Source: Octopus sinensis
Lineage: Eukaryota
DNA length: 39,237 bases
Direction: 5' to 3'
Assembly (NCBI RefSeq): GCF_006345805.1
Contig: NW_021835702.1
Coordinates: 1 to 39,237, forward strand
Shown: piece by piece, positions 1 through 12,450 of the stretch
Position numbering within the stretch: the stretch's first letter is position 1
How the letters are laid out: each line of letters opens with the position of its first letter
Notes under the pieces: model-generated
What the model was told of the DNA's origin: nothing
The model's database searches: none
Seen by the model: only the letters and a program-made list of their open reading frames with translations
Position numbers and translations under genes: made by a program

Positions 1-1960
1 GGGGAATCTTAGAGAAAAGAATATGGAAGAGTTCAGAGTTACAAATGTACAAAATCTCCTGCCCTTATCAAAAGGAAAGGATACAGACAGTATGAACCAA
101 TCTAACTTGAAAGTTATATTGTTGTCTTTAAGACGCCAAACAAATTTACTTAGCCCTGTGCTATGTCGTTTTTTATTATCCCTGAATGTTGAGTAGTGGT
201 TTGAAATTCTATTGGATAACTTGGAAGTGGACGCTCCTATATAGAAGAAGACATCGGTACCGGAAGAAATTCTACACTGGTAAATAGAATTCTTAATCTT
301 AGAATTACTAGACAAAAATTTAATTCTGTTGGGGTTGTCCACCGAGATCGAGACGAAGTTTTTTTTGTTATGATTGTTGTTACTATTATTATTAGCGCTA
401 ACAACTACACTATTTCTATTATTATTAGTATTATTAATGGTATTACAACCAGTAATACCACCGACAATAATACCGTTATTGTTGTTACCATCAACACTAC
501 CATTGTTATTAACACGACTAATATTATTATTAATATTATCATTATTAACACTTTCGCTGCTACTAATGCTGCTACTATTAATACTATTCTTATTATTATG
601 ATTGTATGATGCTTTGGAATTAGCAAGAATTTGTGAAAGATTCCTAGAGTTAGAGAAAGCTATTCTGACCTTGTGGGAATTGATAATAGAATAATATCTA
701 GAATTTCTGGGAAAGTTCCTAGCAACGGCTTCACGGAACTGTAAGGGAAGGTTCGATTTAATTTGTTTTCCGAAAGGTATTACAAACCAGATACAGTTTT
801 TTGTGGCCTTTGAATTGTTCTTTGTGTTATTTGTGATAGTAAGGGGAAAATTTCTGGGTTGGAAATTTGGGGTTGCATGGCGCTTACCTCCCCTAGTCCG
901 TAAAGAATTTATCTTATGTACAGGGTTGCTGGCACTATTAGAATTGAAATCTTTATTCCTATTACGAGTAACTTTACTATTGGAGAAGCAGATGTTGGTT
1001 TAGAATGAACTGGGTCGATGCATGACACTTTCTCCTTATAACCGGCTCTTGACAAGGCGGCGTTATAGAAGTCTGCCTTTTGGTTAAAGATGTCGACATT
1101 AGCAGATAATTTGGACAGTCTCAGAGATATGTTTTTAACTAAATTATCGGTAATTGGCTTGGCATGATTACTGAAAATGCTGATATACTTAAGATTAGTG
1201 GAAGGTTTATGATAAGGGAAGTATGAGTTATTCTGCAGATTGAGGGTAATGTCTAAGAAGTTGGCTTTAGTTAATTCATCGTCAAAACTATGCGCAAGCT
1301 CATTCTACTAAAAAACCTAACTAATCTGTTCTTAACCTGTATTTTTTGGTTCGAAACGTTTTGGAGGTAAAGCAGACAATCGTCGCGATAAAGACCTCCA
1401 CAGATGTCCGGGAATTGGTCGGCCATTTCATAAAGAATATAAATTCCGACCAAATCGGCTATCTGGGCGCTGTCGGTACTTCCCATTAGTACATCAAACG
1501 CATTAGGGGTGTCTCTACGGACCCACAACTTGCTATCGGACTGGATGAAAGATTTCCTAGCAGTCAATATCACACTAACTTCCTCCCTGGAGAGGCCTGC
1601 CTTATTGTGTGCGTGCCATAGGGCAATATTAAGTATAATAGGGTGGATGAATTGAAGAATAGAAATAGATATATCGAATTGGATAAATTTAGTGTTGGCC
1701 TTATCAGTAATAGAAGTAAACCAATCTACGACTTGAACGAATTGGACCATAAGCTAAGTTTTATTTATTAATTAATATAGGGATATACTTATCTAATATG
1801 TATTTACTAGGGTACCGATGTCTGAACTGGAAGCGCATATGAGCCGCAATGCTGGGTTAGTATGAAAGTTCTGTTTGTGGTCCTTTAAGATGAATCTGGG
1901 TTGCCTAGGGTTCAATGGTTCCGTCTTCATCTGTAATCAATAAGTCTCCATAATCTGCTT
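1..1960 (-). mobile_element. Penelope-like retroelement (PLE) relic: reverse transcriptase + thumb + C-terminal GIY-YIG endonuclease, frameshifted; runs off window start
   Basis: Minus-strand translation across frames gives PLE RT motifs: FILKDHKQNFHTNPALRLIC (~1900-1840), KFIQFDI, FDVLMGSTDSAQIADLVGIYIL, GLYRDD (ORF 1271-1750), then NFLDITLNL..YHKP..SNH and NCIWFVIPF. The GIY-YIG-like SIYQCRISSGTDVFFYIGASTSKLSNRISNHYSTF...LSKFVWRLK...W lies at ~290-90. Frameshifts occur near 1290, ~990 and ~45. Confidence 0.9.
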
Positions 1961-2159
1961 AGTTTCACAGCCACACATTTCCATGCATACAGCAAACATA
2001 CTGTTCCCTACCTATTATTACTTTATCCCTTCTCTTCCTACTATCTATTTTTGACGTCAATTCTTCTAACGGTTTTTTTAAAAAAACACTCATTATCGCT
2101 TTGTTTACCATGTAGGCAATCATCGAAATGTTTGTTTGTCCTGTTGTCGAGAGAGGCTC

Positions 2160-2252
2160 CCTTTCTTTCCTGATGAGAAGATTGCATAATGCACCCTTTA
2201 TTCTTTTGGAATGAAAACATGCTGTCTTCGAAACATGTGTCGAGAGTAAAGG
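2160..2252 (+). ncRNA. Type I hammerhead ribozyme, core apparently intact
   Basis: The core is CTGATGA (2170-2176) and GAAAC (2230-2234). Stem II is GAAGATTGCAT/ATGCTGTCTTC. Stem III is AC-atgt-GT with a GTC cleavage triplet (C2241). Stem I is CCTTTCTTTC (2160-2169) paired to GAGAGtAAAGG (2242-2252). Confidence 0.72.
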
Positions 2253-2309
2253 AATTGTGTTAACATCATCGTTCGACTCCATTCCTTCATTTAGTTATAT
2301 ATATTATAT

Positions 2310-2370
<61 letters not shown>

Positions 2371-2588
2371 GTGTGTGTGTATATATATAAGATGTTTGAT
2401 GCCACTTCAATATTGCTGTTTCGTACGGAACTACGTTTGTACCATTTTTTTAACGCCAGGAGGATATCTCCCCACGCTGGTTAACGATACAATCTGAGTC
2501 CGATATATTGCGAGCAGGGGATCGAACCCATACCATCTAGCGGTGAGAAGACCAGTGGAAAAGTCTGGTTCCAGGGTATTTCCATTTG

Positions 2589-2625
<37 letters not shown>

Positions 2626-2689
2626 GGGTTACAGTGAATCAGAAACGGAAAACCTACTATATTAAAGGTACAGACACGTGTACCTTTAA

Positions 2690-2895
2690 CATAGTTGTTA
2701 GGGAGATTCAGCGTGACACCGAGTGTGACAAGGCTGGCCCTTTGAATTACTGGTACAACTCATTTTTGCCAGCTGAGTGTACTGGAGCAACGTGAAATAA
2801 AGTGTCTTGCTCAAGGACCCAACTCGTCGCTGCAGATTGAGCTCACGATCTAGCAATCGTAAGCCGAATATCCTAACCAATAAACCAAGCACCTT
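2690..2895 (-). mobile_element. Degenerate tRNA-derived SINE (same family as 34161 copy)
   Basis: The reverse complement carries ...TTGAGCAAGACACTTTATTTCACGTTGCTCCAGTACACTCAGCTGG..., homologous to the body at 34240-34300, plus a decayed tRNA-like head. Confidence 0.7.
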
Positions 2896-2965
2896 CACAC
2901 ATACACACACGCGCGCGGCACACACATTTTATATATGTATGTATTTACGTATATAGTGGTATATG

Positions 2966-2973
2966 TGTATATT

Positions 2974-3051
<78 letters not shown>

Positions 3052-3151
3052 ATATATATATATATATGTGCAGATATATGTATTGTTTATGCATAAGTGT
3101 ATATGTAGATATGCACCCACACATACAGGCGTACAGAAATGCTGCCATAAG

Positions 3152-3182
<31 letters not shown>

Positions 3183-3284
3183 GTATATATGTATGCAAAT
3201 ATAGACATATACAAACATACGGTGGAAGCGATAAACAGTGAGAGTGAGAAAGGAGATAGATACAGAAGCAAAATAATAATAGAT

Positions 3285-3352
<68 letters not shown>
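2966..3352. repeat. (TA)n and (GA)n microsatellites
   Basis: Near-perfect TA run ~2966-3066 and GA run ~3287-3352. Confidence 0.95.
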
Positions 3353-3358
<6 letters not shown>

Positions 3359-3574
3359 TGAGCCGAACGTATCTCTAGATAGAAACTATGCTGAATGCTT
3401 TTATCGTAATTCTTTCTATTGTAGGAAATAAGAGGTCACGCACTTTAGTTTATGTAAATTTTGAGGTCACAAGATAATTACCAAGCTGTAATATAAAGAG
3501 AAAACTCAAATCTGACAGTGACAGGAATGAGATAGAAAAGAGAATATTCCGTGGCTAAGTATGTAAAACTGGTC

Positions 3575-3880
3575 CTTCGTCGATTACGACGACTAGGGTT
3601 CCAGTTGACTGGATCAACAGAACAAACAGCTCGTGCAATTAACATGCATGTGGCTGAATACTCCACAAACACGCGTGACCTTTAATGTAGTTCTCAGTGA
3701 GATTCAGCGTGATACAGAATGTGACAAGGTTGACCCTTTTAAATCATTTCTGCCAGCTAAATGGACTGGAGCAACGTCAAATGAAGTGCCTTGTTCAAGG
3801 ACGCAACGCGCCGCCCTGAATCGAACTCACGACCTAATGATCGCGAGCCGAATATTCAACCGCTAAGCCAGGCGCCTTCA
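3575..3880 (-). mobile_element. Degenerate tRNA-derived SINE (34161 family)
   Basis: The reverse complement begins AAGGCGCCTGGCTTAGCGGTTGAATATTCGGCTCGCGATCATTAGGTCGTGAGTTCGATTC (A/B-box-like head). It continues with the CCTTGAACAAGGCAC...GTTGCTCCAGTCC body shared with 2690-2895 and 34161. Confidence 0.75.
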
Positions 3881-3955
3881 GAGCATGTAAAGCATAAACG
3901 TGAAGACTGTAAACAGAATCACGGCTGAATTAATGTGTCAGGAAAGTTAAACGCT

Positions 3956-4280
3956 CATATACATACACACATACATACATACATACATACATACATACAT
4001 ACATACATACATACGTGCATACATAAATATATACTTACAAACATACATACATACATACATACATACATACATACATACATACAAACAAACAAACAAACAT
4101 ACATACATACATACATACATACATACATACATACATAAATACATACATACATACAAACAAAAAACAAACATACATACATACACACAAACATACAAATAAC
4201 AACATACATACATACATACATGCATACATACATACATAAATACAATCATACAAACATGCATACATACCTACACCCATACA
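3956..4280. repeat. (CATA)n/(CAAA)n tetranucleotide microsatellite
   Basis: Direct reading of the sequence. Confidence 0.95.
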
Positions 4281-4769
4281 TACACACGTGCACAGCTATA
4301 TCAATAAGTACAGCAGTGTGCATATGCACGCTTGCATGCATATATATATGTGTGTGTGTATGTATTTAGATATATACACACACAAACACACATATGTGTG
4401 TGTTTCTGTGAAAACATGCTTCTATGTGCTTATATGTAAATATATAAATATAAATGGATATTTTACTATGTTTAGGGAGGGTCATAACATCAGTATTATT
4501 AACATACGCACTGGTTCAATTCCACTCCTTTATTATTAGTCAAACTGATAAAATATCTAACTGACTAATCGATTAGTCAGTTGGATATTTAAAAATTGAC
4601 TAATAATAAAGAAGTGAAATTAAACCAGTGCGTGTGTTAATAATATTAGCATAATGACTCACCCTAGACACTAAAACGATTTGTTTCAACACACGAATTC
4701 AAGTAAAGAATCTTGCAAACCTGATATAAAAACGAAATATAGATAGATACATGTGTATGAATATATGTC

Positions 4770-4833
<64 letters not shown>

Positions 4834-5071
4834 TGTATGTATGTATGTATGTATGTATGTATATGTATGTATATAGTAAATCTAAAATACATATCTATAT
4901 AAGTATGTGTATAGACATAGGTATATATGTGTACAAACATATGCACACGCATATGTGTATGTATATGTCTGCGTACGTATATGTGTACGCGTGTGTGTGG
5001 TCGAGTGAGTATACACACCCAATCAATTAAGTTCACATGCGTATATAATATGTATAGTAATAATAATAATG

Positions 5072-5147
<76 letters not shown>

Positions 5148-5167
5148 TAATAATAGTAACAATAATA

Positions 5168-5217
<50 letters not shown>

Positions 5218-5224
5218 AACAATA

Positions 5225-5275
<51 letters not shown>

Positions 5276-5302
5276 TAACAACAACAATAATAATAATAAT
5301 AA

Positions 5303-5798
5303 CTGACAGAAGATAGACGCGAAGAGGCCAGACATCATAGTAAAAAACTTCAGACAAAAAACATGCCTCCACATTGATATGACTGTCCCAATCGATATAA
5401 ACGTATCTGTCAAGACCCACCAGAAACTGAGCAAATATAAAGATCTGGAAATAGAAATCAGCAAAATGTGGAACCTGAAGACTAAAGCAATACCTGTTGT
5501 CATAGGTGCCCTGGGAATGATAGCAAAAGGAGCTGATTGCTACGTAACTCAGATATCAGGAAACTCCAAAGTGGCAGAAATTCAAAAGATAGTGCTCATG
5601 GGAACCGCTCATATCCTACGCAAAATACTCTCTTTGTAATCTCAAGTTTTAAAACAAACATAATTTTCTTATGGCTTTTTTATGCATTCACTAGTACAAC
5701 ACTAAGTACAAAACCAAATATATGGCACCCTAGGCATAACACTAACATGAACTTCCAACTTGTTGTCTCTTGAGGTCTCTGGGTGAGACTTGGAGCCA
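5303..5798 (+). mobile_element. 3' fragment of an R4/Dong-like non-LTR retrotransposon (restriction-like endonuclease C-terminus + 3' UTR)
   Basis: It encodes KRPDIIVK...CLHIDMTVPIDINVSVKTHQKLSKYKDLEIEISKMWNLKTKAIPVVIGALGMI...KIVLMGTAHILRKILSL*, which contains the PD..D..K RLE motif. The 5' junction is in (AAT)n. Confidence 0.85.
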
Positions 5799-6020
5799 GC
5801 TATCATTCCCAGGGCACCTATGACAACAGGTATTGCTTTAGTCTTCAGGTTCCACATTTTGCTGATTTCTATTTCCAGATCTTTATATTTGCTCAGTTTC
5901 TGGTGGGTCTTGACAGATACGTTTATATCGATTGGGACAGTCATATCAATGTGGAGGCATGTTTTTTGTCTGAAGTGTTTTACTATGATGTCTGGCCTCT
6001 TCGCGTCTATCTTCTGTCAG
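5799..6020 (-). mobile_element. Inverted partial copy of the 5303-5524 LINE fragment
   Basis: Near-identical reverse complement of 5303-5524. Confidence 0.9.
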
Positions 6021-6047
6021 TTATTATTATTATTATTGTTGTTGTTA

Positions 6048-6093
<46 letters not shown>

Positions 6094-6172
6094 AATATTA
6101 TTGTTATCATCATCATCATCATCATTATTATTATTATTTTTATATTATTGTTATTGTTACTATTATTATTAC

Positions 6173-6234
<62 letters not shown>

Positions 6235-6317
6235 AATATTATTGTTATCATCATCATCATCATCATCATTATTATTATTATTTTTATTATTATTGTTATT
6301 GTTACTATTATTATTAC

Positions 6318-6372
<55 letters not shown>

Positions 6373-6594
6373 CATATTATATACGCATGTGAACTTAATT
6401 GATTGGGTGTGTATACTCACTCGACCACACACACGCGTACACATATACGTACGCAGACATATACATACACATGCGTGTGCATATGTGTGTACACATATAT
6501 ACCTATGTCTACACACATACTTATATAGATATGTATTTTAGATTTACTACATACATACATACAAACATACATATATAAAAAGCAAAAGTCAAAC

Positions 6595-6664
<70 letters not shown>

Positions 6665-6666
<2 letters not shown>

Positions 6667-7900
6667 TAAAAGGGAGGAAAAAGCCCCGCTTTTCTCTATA
6701 CACAAGGAGGTGACAAAATACAAAGCAGTAACAAACTACACTGACTTCAGATGACAACATAGCAGAAATGGTCAAAGAGACCAAAAAAAAAAAACGAAGA
6801 AAAAATAAACAAAACAAAAAAATACAAACAAACCAAAAAACAATATGAAAACAGAATTACAAAAGATATGAAGAAGAAATGAAGAGAAAAATCACTCCAT
6901 GGCCAGTACCCTGCAAGGCTTGACAGAGGGGAAGTGAACCTAAGTAAAAGCCAACAATGGCTCAAAAGCTCTGGACTACAAGTTGAAACGGAAGGACTTA
7001 TCCTCGCCACACATGATCAATGTCTGACTACGAACAATTATAAAAGCAAAATAATGAAAACATGTCCTTACACCAAATGCAGAATGTGCAGCCAGCACAA
7101 TGAGACAGTTGGCCACATCATCTCGGGCTGTCCAGTCCTTGCCAAATCTGAGTATATAGACAGGACAAAGTAAGCAGTTATATCCACTGGACAATATGCC
7201 AACATTACAACGATAAAACTGACAATAGGTGGTAAACCATGTACCAAAGAAGATATAAGACAACGACCACAACCATCTGGGAGATGCCAGTTCAAACCGA
7301 CAAAAAAATAAAAGCTAAACACCCAGACATAAAAATCGAGGATGGGGGGAAAGAAAACACCTGCTTATTGATAGACATTGCAGTCTCTTCTGACCAAAAT
7401 ATTGTCCAAAATGTGGAGAAATCATCGAAATACGAAGACCCCGAAATTGAAGTATTCAAGTTGTGGGGCTCGAAGGTAAAAACAATTCCAATAATAATTG
7501 GAGCATTAGGTATGATAAAAAATCATATGAGCAAAAACGTAGAAGCTATACCTGGATCCCTCAACACTACACACAGCCCACAACATCCTATGCAAGACAT
7601 TATCAATTCAATAATACAAACCTAAACAAAACAACCCACAAACACAAGACACACTCTGTACAGCATTTACCCGGTGAAATAAACAGCAATCCATGTAACC
7701 AGCGCATTACACACTAAATACACAATGCAAGTAGTAATACAACAAAAGACTGCACCACACCTCAAGAGGAAAAAAAACTAACACAATATGATAACGAGAA
7801 GAGTTTGCGCACTCCAAACAACAGAAAAAAAAACATATAGTACCGCACAGACCCAGCAACACGGAGGTGTAGCAGGTGATGCAGTAAAAATTTGCCTCAA
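6665..7900 (+). mobile_element. Degraded 3' part of a second R4/Dong-like RLE LINE (CCHC knuckle + RLE + 3' UTR)
   Basis: It encodes KSLHGQY..., WLKSSGLQVETEGLILATHDQCL, CRMCSQHNETVGHIISGCPVLAK (CCHC), WEMPVQTDKKIKAKHPDI, CLLIDIAV and KTIPIIIGALGMI, with stops and frameshifts. It is preceded by (AAT)n at 6597-6663. Confidence 0.85.
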
Positions 7901-7929
7901 TCTACCAAATATTTTTGCCACAAGAACAG

Positions 7930-8360
7930 CTTGGGGAAGATGGGGATGAGTCGATTACATCGACCCCAGTGTTCAACCGAATATATATTTTATCGACCCC
8001 AAAAGGACAAAAGGCGAAGTCGACCTCGGTGGAATTTGAACTCAGAACGTAGCAACGAGTGAAATACCGCTAAACATTTCGTCCAGCTTGCGAAGGATTC
8101 TACCTGCTCGCCGCCTTAAAATAATGATAGTAACAATAATAATCTTTTCTGCTACATATGTACAAGGCCTGAAATTTGTGGGGAGGGGACTGGTCGAATA
8201 CACCGTCCCCAGTGTTTTACTGCTACATAATTTATCGACCCCGAAGAATGAAAGGCAAAGTCGACGTCGGCGGAATTTGAACGCAGACCGAGGCGGCAGA
8301 CGAAATACTGCTAAGCATTTCGCCCGGCGTGCTAACGTTTCTGCCAGCTCGCCACCTTAA
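7930..8360 (-). mobile_element. Two tandem tRNA-derived SINE copies (~7930-8118 and ~8165-8360)
   Basis: Both reverse complements read AAGG(C/T)GGCGAGCTGGCAGAA...GTTCAAATTCC(A/G)CCGA(G/C)GTCGACT...GGGGTCGATAAA (A-box/B-box head, conserved body). Confidence 0.85.
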
Positions 8361-8362
8361 AC

Positions 8363-8422
<60 letters not shown>

Positions 8423-8865
8423 TGATGATGATGATGATATAATAATAATAATAATAATAATAACAAAAATTTACGATGACATAAACACTGGAACTAAGAG
8501 AAACGCGAGAGGCAGTAATAAGGAGTAAATTTCAGTGTTTACCATTCCGTATAAGAACACAAATATACTTCTTCCTACTCAGAATTCAAATTCGCATCGC
8601 ACTTTTCGATCTCCCAAATCAATGATATTTTTCTAGACATTATCACTAATGTGGTGAAGTGGTCAAGTTCTGTGCGAATATAACATTTGGATGTAAACAT
8701 AGTCATGCTTGGATATGACAAGCTTATCGATACGTCAACACACGTCAACGCGAATACAGATACATTCACATGTGTTTGTGTGCATGCCTGAACAGGTTAT
8801 ACATATACATATCATCGCACGAACATACTTACGGTAAAATGCACACATACACAGACATAGGGAGG

Positions 8866-8918
<53 letters not shown>

Positions 8919-9036
8919 CAGCCGAAATTGCGAGGATGATCCGGTTCTTGACTGAAGATTAGAGGCTTCGAATGACTCGTCCGTTTATAGTGTCGTCTGT
9001 TTGAATGTTTTGCGTTCTTGTCCTATTTTGTATTTT

Positions 9037-9095
<59 letters not shown>

Positions 9096-9403
9096 ATATA
9101 TATATAATTAATAGTAGGGAATATAAAATTCCAAACTTTCAGGGAAAAATTCAATTTAGCAATACTAAATAAAATTTCATAATATATAATATATGCAAAT
9201 AATTAAGAGACAAAACCTCTATTAAGTAATTCAATTAATAGTAAAGATATATATATATACATTACATGTATATACTATGTAAGTACGTGCAAACACAAGG
9301 ATTAAATTGCCAAGCATACTAGAAAAATATATGTGCATAAACGAATACACATTGCATACATATATACATACATATATGCGTACGTATATATACATACACA
9401 CAC

Positions 9404-9468
<65 letters not shown>

Positions 9469-9803
9469 GAATGTATACACACGCACAATAACATAGCGAT
9501 AATATGCAAATATATATATACGTATATACGTACACACACATACACACAAGCAATATATATATAATATATAGATATATATAATTATACAAATGTATATATG
9601 AATATACGTATGAATATGCATATATACATATATACACACATATTCATATATGTGCGTGCGTTTGAGTTAGATGTACCCATGCATTTTTGAATATATGTAT
9701 ATATGTGTATAGATATATGCTTATATATACATACATATATATTAATATTTAAGATCCACTTTTCTATATAAGCATGCATGTGTAGGGATACATATATAAA
9801 TAC

Positions 9804-9851
<48 letters not shown>

Positions 9852-9907
9852 AGTGATGTGTGTGCTTCTGATGAGAATATCGATTCTTTAAACAAGGATG
9901 CACTTAC

Positions 9908-10009
9908 CACGGGGCCCCACATTTAGTATTCCTGCCAATATCTCAGTAGCGATATCCACACAGCTGTATCCACAGTACGAAGAGGGAGAACATCTGATTC
10001 CATCCCCTC
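9908..10009 (-). CDS. Candidate internal exon of an unidentified host gene (102 nt, phase 1-1)
   Basis: Acceptor gctgactttgtagtgctttag with a CTGAC branch-point-like motif; donor GTG|gtaagtg. Only one frame is open: (G)GDGIRCSPSSYCGYSCVDIATEILAGILNVGPR(G). No homology recognised. Confidence 0.4.
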
Positions 10010-10250
10010 CTAAAGCACTACAAAGTCAGCCCTCTCCCTTACCCTAGCACCCGCCCCATCATCACGAATTCCCTCATCCCTTATGACTGTGCTGTTGAAG
10101 CTGTTACTCTTGTTGAGTTTAATGCTTGGTGTTGTTGCTGTTGTTGTTGTTGTCATCGTCATCACAGCTGCTGTAATAGTCACTGTTGTGGTTCTTGTAG
10201 AGGTAGTGGTTGTGGTACTGGTAGTAATTTTCTGATTATTATTATTATTA

Positions 10251-10317
<67 letters not shown>

Positions 10318-10479
10318 TTTGTGTATTTATTTTTTTTCTCCCTCTCCGCCGAAATGTCACTAGGATAGGGTGGTTGCTTTAAATGTGAGGCGTGGAAGGA
10401 TGAGGACTGCGACAGTCTGGGATAAATATCTCAAACGGTGAGACCTGGTGACTGTAGGAGGAGGAGAAAAAGAGAAACA

Positions 10480-10510
10480 GAATGAGATTGATACATACGT
10501 ACATACATAT

Positions 10511-10577
<67 letters not shown>

Positions 10578-10746
10578 GATACATAGAGAGAGGAAGAGAG
10601 AGAGAAAGAATGAAGGGGAGAGAATTAGGGAGAGACAGAGGGGAAGCGGGGAGAGCGACATAGTGAAAGAGTTAGAAAGAGACAGTCATATGAGAAGACA
10701 TTTATTCATGCATGTATATATATATGCATTTGTATGTATGTATAAA

Positions 10747-10804
<58 letters not shown>

Positions 10805-11017
10805 TATAATATATATATATATATGTATACATCTAGACACACATTTATATGTGTATATATGGATATATATTTCCATGTATATATATAGATAGATATATAA
10901 TATAACTATATATATATATATTATTTATTTCTTTGTACATGTTTGCATGTATATATATTTGCATATATATATGTGTGTATATAATGTACATATAAATGTA
11001 TGTGTGTGTATTATATA

Positions 11018-11055
<38 letters not shown>

Positions 11056-11306
11056 CATATATAGATATGTATATATACACACACATATATATATGTCTAT
11101 ATATATATATATATATGCACATATATGCTACACACACATGCATTTATATGAACATTATATACATTATATAATATATAATATATATATATATTATTATTAT
11201 TATTATTATTATTATATACATATATATATATATATGGAAATATATATACATGCAAATATGTACAAATAAATAAATACATATATACATACATGTATATATA
11301 TAGTTA

Positions 11307-11371
<65 letters not shown>

Positions 11372-12171
11372 CTCTCTATATATATATATGTATGTATGTA
11401 TGTATGTATATACGTACACATACACACACATATGTATAGTCCTTTTTGTGTGCCTCTATGAGCGTGTAAGTTTAAAGAAACTGACATATACAGATTTAGA
11501 GAAATGGATATAGAACAAGAATGAAAGAGAGCGAAATGTAGAGCGAGAGCGAGAGAGAGAGAAAGGGGGGTAGAGAGAGAGGTAGAGAAGGGAAAAGAGA
11601 GAGAGAGAGAGAGAGAGGGGTAGAGAGGGAGGTGGAGAAGGGAAAAGAGAGCAGGATACTGTGAGTGAGGAAGGCAGATAGTGAGGAAAACTAGTGAGGG
11701 TACTAATGTCTGAGGTTCCCTTTGACTAAGCGACCATGCGTGTGCATGCGTGTTGCTATTATGTGCATGTGTACGAGTATGCTTACATATGTTATTGTGT
11801 GTGTGTGTGTGTGTGTGCGACTGTGTTTGTGGAATGGAGAGCAAGCTCAAAGTGATATTTGAGATGAGGAATTTCAGAATCAGTAAGGTTGTGTGAGAGC
11901 GAGAGAATGTGCGGTTGCGGATGTCAGTAACATATACACGTACATTCGTGTTGAGACGCAGGTACATACACGCAAATACACACAAACAAACATGCGTGGA
12001 TCACACAGAGAAGTGTGTGTGTGTACATACATATACATATATGTGTATGGATATATATATGTGTGTGTGTGTATGCATTTATGTATATATGTATATATAT
12101 GCATGTAGATATGTATAGGCAAGTTTGTATGTATGTATGTATGTATGTATGTATGTATGTATGTATGTATG

Positions 12172-12205
<34 letters not shown>

Positions 12206-12219
12206 CATACATATATATA

Positions 12220-12254
<35 letters not shown>

Positions 12255-12372
12255 CATATTTTTTATTCTCTTATTTTATACGTTTCAGCCATGCAACTGT
12301 GGTCATGCTGGAGCGCTAACCTCTAACACACACACACACACTATATATATATTATATATATATATATATATT

Positions 12373-12421
<49 letters not shown>

Positions 12422-12450
12422 TCGTACACACACATACACACACACATATA
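10480..12450. repeat. Compound microsatellite field ((TA)n, (ATCT)n, (GA)n, (TG)n, (TATG)n)
   Basis: Direct reading of the sequence. The ORFs called here are repeat translations. Confidence 0.9.

Larger units (their letters stand above)
4850..6572. repeat. Large inverted duplication: arms ~4850-5524 and 5799-~6572, spacer 5525-5798
   Basis: The right arm is the reverse complement of the left, including unique DNA (gtatacacacccaatcaattaagttcacatgcg vs cgcatgtgaacttaattgattgggtgtgtatac), the AAT/GAT microsatellite and the LINE fragment. The ORFs at 5379 (+) and 5702-5944 (-) share their first 50 aa. Confidence 0.93.

Noticed and set aside
370-626. Hydrophobic Ile/Leu-rich ORFs (370-609, 374-601, 405-626)
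   Set aside because: These are off-frame or antisense readings of the Asn-rich PLE linker.
1965-2282. 105-aa minus-strand ORF adjoining the PLE
   Set aside because: It has no recognisable motif and overlaps the antisense of the hammerhead, so it is more likely non-coding terminal repeat.
2929-4539. Many YI/HT/MYVC/ER-repeat ORFs (also 9231-12384, 29027-30526, 35580-36676)
   Set aside because: These are translations of di- and tetranucleotide microsatellites.
9862-9900. CTGATGA followed by a GAAT/ATTC stem
   Set aside because: No GAAA core half follows the stem, and there is no stem I.
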